NCBI GenBank assembly: GCA_016195685.1
Contig: JACPZE010000010.1
Span: forward strand, 16,751 to 80,750
Direction of reading: 5' to 3'
Source of the DNA: Candidatus Gottesmanbacteria bacterium
GTDB lineage: Bacteria; Patescibacteriota; Microgenomatia; 2-02-FULL-39-11
Length of the DNA stretch: 64,000 bases
Shown: one piece after another, positions 58,919 through 64,000 of the stretch
Layout of the letters: every line of letters starts with the position of its first letter
How positions within the stretch are numbered: the first letter of the stretch is position 1
Made by a program: the position numbers and the translations under genes
Notes under the pieces: generated by a model
Databases searched by the model: none
The model's input: the letters and a program-made list of their open reading frames with translations, nothing else
Told to the model about the DNA's origin: nothing

Positions 58919-60820
58919 ATGGCAAAAATAATCGGAATTGATTTAGGAACCACTAACTCATGTGTTGCTGTGATGGAAGGAGGAAGTCCCAAAGTTATCC
59001 ATAGTGCTGAAGGAAGGAATGTTATTCCTTCAGTTGTTGATCCTATCAAAAGGATAGTAGGGGATGTGGCTAAACGTCAGATGGTGATGCATCCGAAATC
59101 AACTGTTTTCTCCATAAAAAGACTGATGGGAAGAAAATATACCGACAAGTCAGTACAATACGACATCAAATGGTTACCTTATACCATCAAAAGCGGCAGA
59201 GATAGTATGGCTGTCGTTGAGATAGACGGAAAAATGTTCACACCGCAGGAAATTTCTGCAATGATTTTGCAAAAGATAAAAGCCGACGCTGAGGCATACT
59301 TAGGTGAAAAAGTGACGGAAGCGGTCATCACCGTACCTGCATATTTTGATGACTCACAAAGACAAGCTACCAAACAAGCAGGAGAAATTGCAGGACTGAC
59401 TGTGAAACGAATTTTAAATGAACCGACTGCGGCAGCGTTAGCTTATGGACTAGATAAAAAGCATACACATACTGTGGCTGTTTATGACTTGGGTGGAGGG
59501 ACCTTTGATATTTCTGTATTGGAATTAGGGGAGGGTGTCTATGAGGTAAAGGCAACCAACGGAGATACCCATCTGGGGGGAGATGATTTTGATAAAGCTA
59601 TATTAGATTATTTTGCCGAAGAATTTAAAAAGGAACATTCTGTAGATTTACGCAAAGATTCACAAGCTCTGCAAAGGTTACGTGATGCTGCTGAGAAAGC
59701 AAAAATAGAACTTTCTACATCTTTGGAAGCAGAAATCAATTTGCCATTTGTCACTCAGGGTAAGGAAGGACCTCTGCATCTGGTGATGAAATTGACCCGT
59801 GCGAAACTCGAAAGTTTAGTCGGAGATCTTATCAAAAAGACGATCGATCCGGTTGCGGCGTGTCTGAAAGATGCCAAAGTTACCAAAGATAAAATCGACG
59901 AGATAGTTTTGGTAGGTGGCATGACGCGGATGCCGAAAGTGATAGAAATAGTGAAGGAATTTTTCGGCAAAGAGCCAAATAAATCTGTAAATCCAGATGA
60001 AGTAGTAGCAGTTGGTGCTGCAGTTCAAGCAGGAGTACTTACAGGTGAAGTCAAAGACGTGGTACTTCTGGACGTGACCCCTCTCACGCTAGGAGTAGAA
60101 ACATTAGGGAGTGTTGCAACTCCACTTATAACCAGAAATACTACGGTACCTACATCCAAATCCGAAATTTTCTCAACTGCGGCTGATAATCAAACGTCTG
60201 TAGAGATTAATGTTCTTCAGGGAGAAAGACCTATGGCGGCAGATAACAAATCTCTCGGCCGTTTTATACTAGATGGCATTCCGCCTGCATCCCGCGGAGT
60301 TCCGCAAGTTGAGGTGATGTTTGATATCGATGCAAACGGTATATTAAACGTCCATGCAAAAGATAAAGCCACCGGCAGGAGCCAAAGTATAAAAATCACA
60401 GGTTCAACCGGTCTTTCCAAAGATGAAGTGGAAAAGATGACCAAAGAAGCAGAGGCTCATGCCGCCGATGATACCGCTAAAAAAGAAAAAATTGAGACTA
60501 GAAACAAGGCTGATAACATGATTTATGTAGCAGAAAAATCTCTTAAAGATGCAGGTGATAAAGTTGCGGCAGATATAAAAAAAGAAGTAGAAGAAAAAAT
60601 TTCTGCGCTTAAATCTATACTCGATAGTGGTACAAAAGAAGACTTGGAATCAAAAACAAAGGATCTTTCTGATTCTTTGCAAAAGATTGGTCAAGCCATG
60701 TATCAGGAACAACAACCACCGCCAACAAATGATATCGGGACAAAAACCGATAAAGAAAATGGAGAGAAGAAAGATAAAACGAAAAAAGATGATATTCAAG
60801 AAGGAGAAGTAGTGAGCTAA
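58919..60820 (+). CDS. dnaK: Molecular chaperone DnaK (Hsp70)
   Basis: [18 protein letters not shown] and [10 protein letters not shown] motifs. SD AAGGAGG. Confidence 0.97.
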   Translation: MAKIIGIDLGTTNSCVAVMEGGSPKVIHSAEGRNVIPSVVDPIKRIVGDVAKRQMVMHPKSTVFSIKRLMGRKYTDKSVQYDIKWLPYTIKSGRDSMAVVEIDGKMFTPQEISAMILQKIKADAEAYLGEKVTEAVITVPAYFDDSQRQATKQAGEIAGLTVKRILNEPTAAALAYGLDKKHTHTVAVYDLGGGTFDISVLELGEGVYEVKATNGDTHLGGDDFDKAILDYFAEEFKKEHSVDLRKDSQALQRLRDAAEKAKIELSTSLEAEINLPFVTQGKEGPLHLVMKLTRAKLESLVGDLIKKTIDPVAACLKDAKVTKDKIDEIVLVGGMTRMPKVIEIVKEFFGKEPNKSVNPDEVVAVGAAVQAGVLTGEVKDVVLLDVTPLTLGVETLGSVATPLITRNTTVPTSKSEIFSTAADNQTSVEINVLQGERPMAADNKSLGRFILDGIPPASRGVPQVEVMFDIDANGILNVHAKDKATGRSQSIKITGSTGLSKDEVEKMTKEAEAHAADDTAKKEKIETRNKADNMIYVAEKSLKDAGDKVAADIKKEVEEKISALKSILDSGTKEDLESKTKDLSDSLQKIGQAMYQEQQPPPTNDIGTKTDKENGEKKDKTKKDDIQEGEVVS

Positions 60821-60843
60821 TTTAGCTTTATAAAGTAATAATA

Positions 60844-60867
60844 GGGCGCGCTTTGCGCGCCCTTTTG
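60844..60867 (+). terminator. Intrinsic terminator after dnaK
   Basis: GGGCGCGC-TTTG-GCGCGCCC followed by TTTT. Confidence 0.75.
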
Positions 60868-60880
60868 ATAAAATACTTGT

Positions 60881-61792
60881 ATGGCGAAAGATTTTTACGA
60901 AGTTTTAGGTATTTCTAAAAATGCTTCTGATGCAGAAATTAAAAAATCCTATCGGAAGATGGCCTTGCAGTGGCATCCGGACAGAAATAAATCTGCTGAT
61001 GCAACAGAAAAATTTAAAGAGATAAATAAAGCTTACGAAGTATTATCTGATTCTAAAAAGAAAGAAGTTTACGATCAGTATGGGGAAAGCGCATTTAAAC
61101 CCGGTGGAGGTTATGCTGGACAAGGGCCATTTGGTGGAGGACAGCAGACAGGACAATATGGTCCTTTTACTTACACTTATACTACTAACGGAGGCGGAGG
61201 AGGCTCACCATTTGAAGGAGTAGATTTTGGCGGATTTTCTGATCCTTTTGAAATATTTGAACAATTTTTCGGAGGAGGTAGTTCTCCATTTGGCAGAAGA
61301 AGTGGAGGAAAGCAGAGGCAGATTTACAGGCTGACCATAGATTTCATGGAGGCGGTAAAAGGCGTAGAAAAGACTGTTGAAGTGGAAGGCAAGAAACAGA
61401 AGATAAAAATACCGGCTGGGGTGGATAACAGCATGAGAGTAAGGTTTGGTGATTTTGATATCGTGATCGATGTCCAGCAGGATTCTAGATTTAAACGTGA
61501 AGATTATGATTTAATTTCCGATGTTGAAATAAGTTTTTCTCAAGCAGTATTGGGAGATGTAGTTGCAGTGCCAACCATAGATGGACCTTTAAATCTTAAA
61601 ATCCAACCCGGTACTCAGCCTGGGTCATTTGTAAGACTTCGAGGTAAAGGGGTACCGCATGTTCATTCAAGTGCCAGAGGTGATCAATATATACGGGTGA
61701 AAATAGCGATACCTTCAAAATTAACTCATCGGCAAAAAGAATTATTAACAGAATTTGAAGAAGAAAATAAAAAGAAAAAGGGTTGGTTTTAA
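60881..61792 (+). CDS. dnaJ: J-domain co-chaperone (DnaJ/CbpA-like, no zinc-finger domain)
   Basis: J domain DFYEVLGISKNAS...HPDRN. G/F-rich linker. C-terminal substrate-binding domains. No CxxCxGxG repeats. Confidence 0.85.
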   Translation: MAKDFYEVLGISKNASDAEIKKSYRKMALQWHPDRNKSADATEKFKEINKAYEVLSDSKKKEVYDQYGESAFKPGGGYAGQGPFGGGQQTGQYGPFTYTYTTNGGGGGSPFEGVDFGGFSDPFEIFEQFFGGGSSPFGRRSGGKQRQIYRLTIDFMEAVKGVEKTVEVEGKKQKIKIPAGVDNSMRVRFGDFDIVIDVQQDSRFKREDYDLISDVEISFSQAVLGDVVAVPTIDGPLNLKIQPGTQPGSFVRLRGKGVPHVHSSARGDQYIRVKIAIPSKLTHRQKELLTEFEEENKKKKGWF

Positions 61793-61795
61793 TAG

Positions 61796-62389
61796 ATGAA
61801 GAAAGTTTTTGAGCATTTCAGGAAAAATGACCCCTTACTTTTTTCGTATGTCAAAGATATTAAAAGCTTAAAAGCGCTTTCCAAATCAAATAATTTTTTC
61901 TCCGATCTATGTGAAGCCATTATTAACCAACAACTTTCCGATAAAGCAGCCAGAACAATTTTTAACCGATTCAAAACTCTTTTTCCCAAAGAAATTATTA
62001 CTGCAAAAAAACTATTAAAAATTACAGATAAAAAAATTCGGGAAGTGGGTACATCATGGAAAAAAGTGGATTTCATGAAAAATTTAGCAGGTAAAGTTGT
62101 AAAAAAAGAAATTGAATTGGGGAAATTGGAGAATTTGAAAGATCAGGAGGTCATCATCGAGTTGACCAAATTACATGGGATTGGAAAATGGACAGCAGAA
62201 ATGTTTCTGATGTTTTCACTAGGACGTGAGGATGTATTTTCAGCAGGTGACTTGGGACTTCGTCGTGCAATGCAAAAATTGTATAAAATGAAAAAAGAAC
62301 CAACCTTAAAACAGATAGAAAAGATAAGTAACAAATGGTCTCCTTATCGTACTTACGCAGCTCTTATTTTATGGAGAAGTGTGGATTGA
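61796..62389 (+). CDS. HhH-GPD family DNA glycosylase (AlkA-like 3-methyladenine glycosylase II)
   Basis: LHGIGKWTAEMFLMFSLGREDVFSAGDLGLRRA helix-hairpin-helix with a Gly/Pro...Asp motif. Confidence 0.75.
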   Translation: MKKVFEHFRKNDPLLFSYVKDIKSLKALSKSNNFFSDLCEAIINQQLSDKAARTIFNRFKTLFPKEIITAKKLLKITDKKIREVGTSWKKVDFMKNLAGKVVKKEIELGKLENLKDQEVIIELTKLHGIGKWTAEMFLMFSLGREDVFSAGDLGLRRAMQKLYKMKKEPTLKQIEKISNKWSPYRTYAALILWRSVD

Positions 62390-62399
62390 AAGTAAGGAA

Positions 62400-63134
62400 T
62401 TAGCCAAAATCCAGCTCCAGATTTTGGATAATTTCCTTTTTCACCTTAGGAGTTTTTTTGTCGAGGATTTTATCATCCAATTCTAACTTTATCTTCTCAT
62501 ACCAATTACAAAATGGACATTCTGAAGAGGGGTTTGGCATTTTGGTTTCCAAAACATTAATCGCATTGGCAATTCTTTTTGATGTTGCTTCCGGGTCTCC
62601 AGTGAGTTTAGTTACATGAATAACCATGGGGAATCCGTTATGGAGATTTGGACTTTGGTCAGGGTAGACATAGACTAAATATCCAAACCCAGCAACTTTC
62701 ATCTTGTTCTGAGCGATAATAAAAATGTAACTGTTTATCTGCGATTGGTAAGCAGATAGAGTGTCTTTTTCTCTGGGATCGGAACTTGAAGTTTTAAAAT
62801 CAACAGGGATATATTCACTATTATCATTTATTAGACATTCGTCAAGTTTACCAAAAAATCCGTATTGGTCATCTATTCTGACGAAGTATTTTTCCTGGAA
62901 GGGATTTTGCAATTTCCCGTCTAGTTTTCCAGTGACCATAGGAGGAAGTTCTCCAGTTATTCTGAAAGAATCAAAATAATTTTTCAGAATTACGTCAAAG
63001 CGATTAGCAAGGCGAGAAACTATTCCTTCGGGTTGCCGTATACCTTTATTATATTGTAACCAGAAACATCTTGGACAACGTTCTAGAGTTTCCAATCCAG
63101 TATGTGATAACCAGACTCTTCCGTCTTTGCTCAT
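62400..63134 (-). CDS. Cas4/RecB-family PD-(D/E)XK nuclease with Fe-S cysteines (orphan, no CRISPR context)
   Basis: N-terminal LSHTGLETLERCPRCFWLQY. GKLDEC (motif II). VDFKTS (ExK-like). QINSY (QxxxY). C-terminal CPFC. Confidence 0.55.
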   Translation of the reverse strand: MSKDGRVWLSHTGLETLERCPRCFWLQYNKGIRQPEGIVSRLANRFDVILKNYFDSFRITGELPPMVTGKLDGKLQNPFQEKYFVRIDDQYGFFGKLDECLINDNSEYIPVDFKTSSSDPREKDTLSAYQSQINSYIFIIAQNKMKVAGFGYLVYVYPDQSPNLHNGFPMVIHVTKLTGDPEATSKRIANAINVLETKMPNPSSECPFCNWYEKIKLELDDKILDKKTPKVKKEIIQNLELDFG

Positions 63135-64000
63135 TTATTAAGGTACTTGGAAATATTTATATTGTGACCTTCAGCATCTTTTGCAAAATGAATTTTCCCG
63201 GTTTTATCGGAAACATAATACAGAAAATCAGTATCTGGTACATCTTTTACTGCGTTTAGGGCTGCAAGGCCCGGGTTGGAAATAGGTGATGGAGGCAAAC
63301 CTGCATTTTTGTATGTATTAAAAGGTGAATTGATGTCTAGATCATCCAAGGTCAAATCTTTTTTCCACCATGATTTTTCACCTGCTTGATAGCCCAACAC
63401 ATATTGTACAGTAGCATCTATATCTAATTTCATTCCGAGTTTGAGTCGATTCAGAATTACACTAGCTACAACAGGTCTGTCTTCGACGAAACTCGCTTCT
63501 CTTTCCACTATAGATGCAATAATGACGAGATCTTTTAGAGAAAGATTGTGATTGGTGAAACTGTTATCATTTAATCGTGCAGTTTTACTTTTGAAATTCG
63601 CTATCATCATATTTACTACGGCAGAAGCTGTGGCATCTTTGGGTATAAGGTATGTATCCGGAAACATATATCCTTCTTTTGCAACCATCAAAAACTCTTT
63701 TTCTGGAATTGCCAGTTGTTGTGCAAGTTTTAGGGCAATTTCTTCATTCCGCCAACCCTCAGGTATGGTAATACGGACATCGATTGTACCGTGGGTAAGA
63801 TCTGAGGCAATTGTATGCATATCCATTGAGGGAGATAGTATAAATTGTCCGGCTTGAATATTATTTCCGAGCCCCCCAAAACGGGCAAGAATAAAAAATG
63901 CAACTGATGATCTTATAAGACCGGCCTTTTTTAATCTTTCGGCAATACTTCTTGCACTTTCACCTTTCATTATGGAGAAAGTAATAGGTATTTTATTCGT
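63131..64000 (-). CDS. mltG: Endolytic murein transglycosylase MltG (YceG-like), N-terminus truncated by window end
   Basis: YceG domain SIVEREAS...VASVILNRL..GM.L..D.TV.Y and PFNTYKNAGLPPSPISNPG. Frame stays open upstream of the listed Met to position 64000. Confidence 0.85.
   Translation of the reverse strand, partial: TNKIPITFSIMKGESARSIAERLKKAGLIRSSVAFFILARFGGLGNNIQAGQFILSPSMDMHTIASDLTHGTIDVRITIPEGWRNEEIALKLAQQLAIPEKEFLMVAKEGYMFPDTYLIPKDATASAVVNMMIANFKSKTARLNDNSFTNHNLSLKDLVIIASIVEREASFVEDRPVVASVILNRLKLGMKLDIDATVQYVLGYQAGEKSWWKKDLTLDDLDINSPFNTYKNAGLPPSPISNPGLAALNAVKDVPDTDFLYYVSDKTGKIHFAKDAEGHNINISKYLNK

Overview
This is an AT-rich (about one third GC), gene-dense bacterial chromosome segment with short intergenic spacers and no transposase, integrase, CRISPR array or rRNA. 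Gene content is a streamlined housekeeping set. It includes the heat-shock operons groES-groEL and hrcA-grpE-dnaK-dnaJ, both preceded by CIRCE-like operators, plus valS, metG, tsaD, tpiA, rpsT, tatD, two UvrD-family helicases and a cyclophilin. There is also a Gram-positive-type envelope toolkit: murJ, LCP, mltG, tandem FemAB genes, a NodB deacetylase, VanW, a PEGA/SH3b protein, a WecA/GT39/GT2 glycosylation cluster and a pilN/pilO surface operon. The standout feature is a tRNA-His gene lying 49 bp upstream of a translationally coupled histidine-biosynthesis operon, hisG-D-C-(PHP phosphatase)-B-H-F-I-E, in which hisA is conspicuously absent. Just upstream, between an RRM/glycine-rich RNA-binding protein gene and the tRNA, is a roughly 215-nt GC-rich hairpin-rich segment bounded by an extended -10 element and an intrinsic terminator. 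I read it as a candidate small structured RNA. Also flagged are heptanucleotide tandem repeats inside tsaD and a helicase-nuclease gene, an orphan Cas4/RecB-like Fe-S nuclease, a UvrD helicase fused to a Cas4-like nuclease domain, and shortened core enzymes. The small protein sizes, low GC and envelope gene set suggest a reduced-genome lineage such as CPR/Patescibacteria; this is inference only. No obvious defense island or mobile element was seen. All calls rest on motif recognition in the supplied translations and on visual inspection of the DNA.
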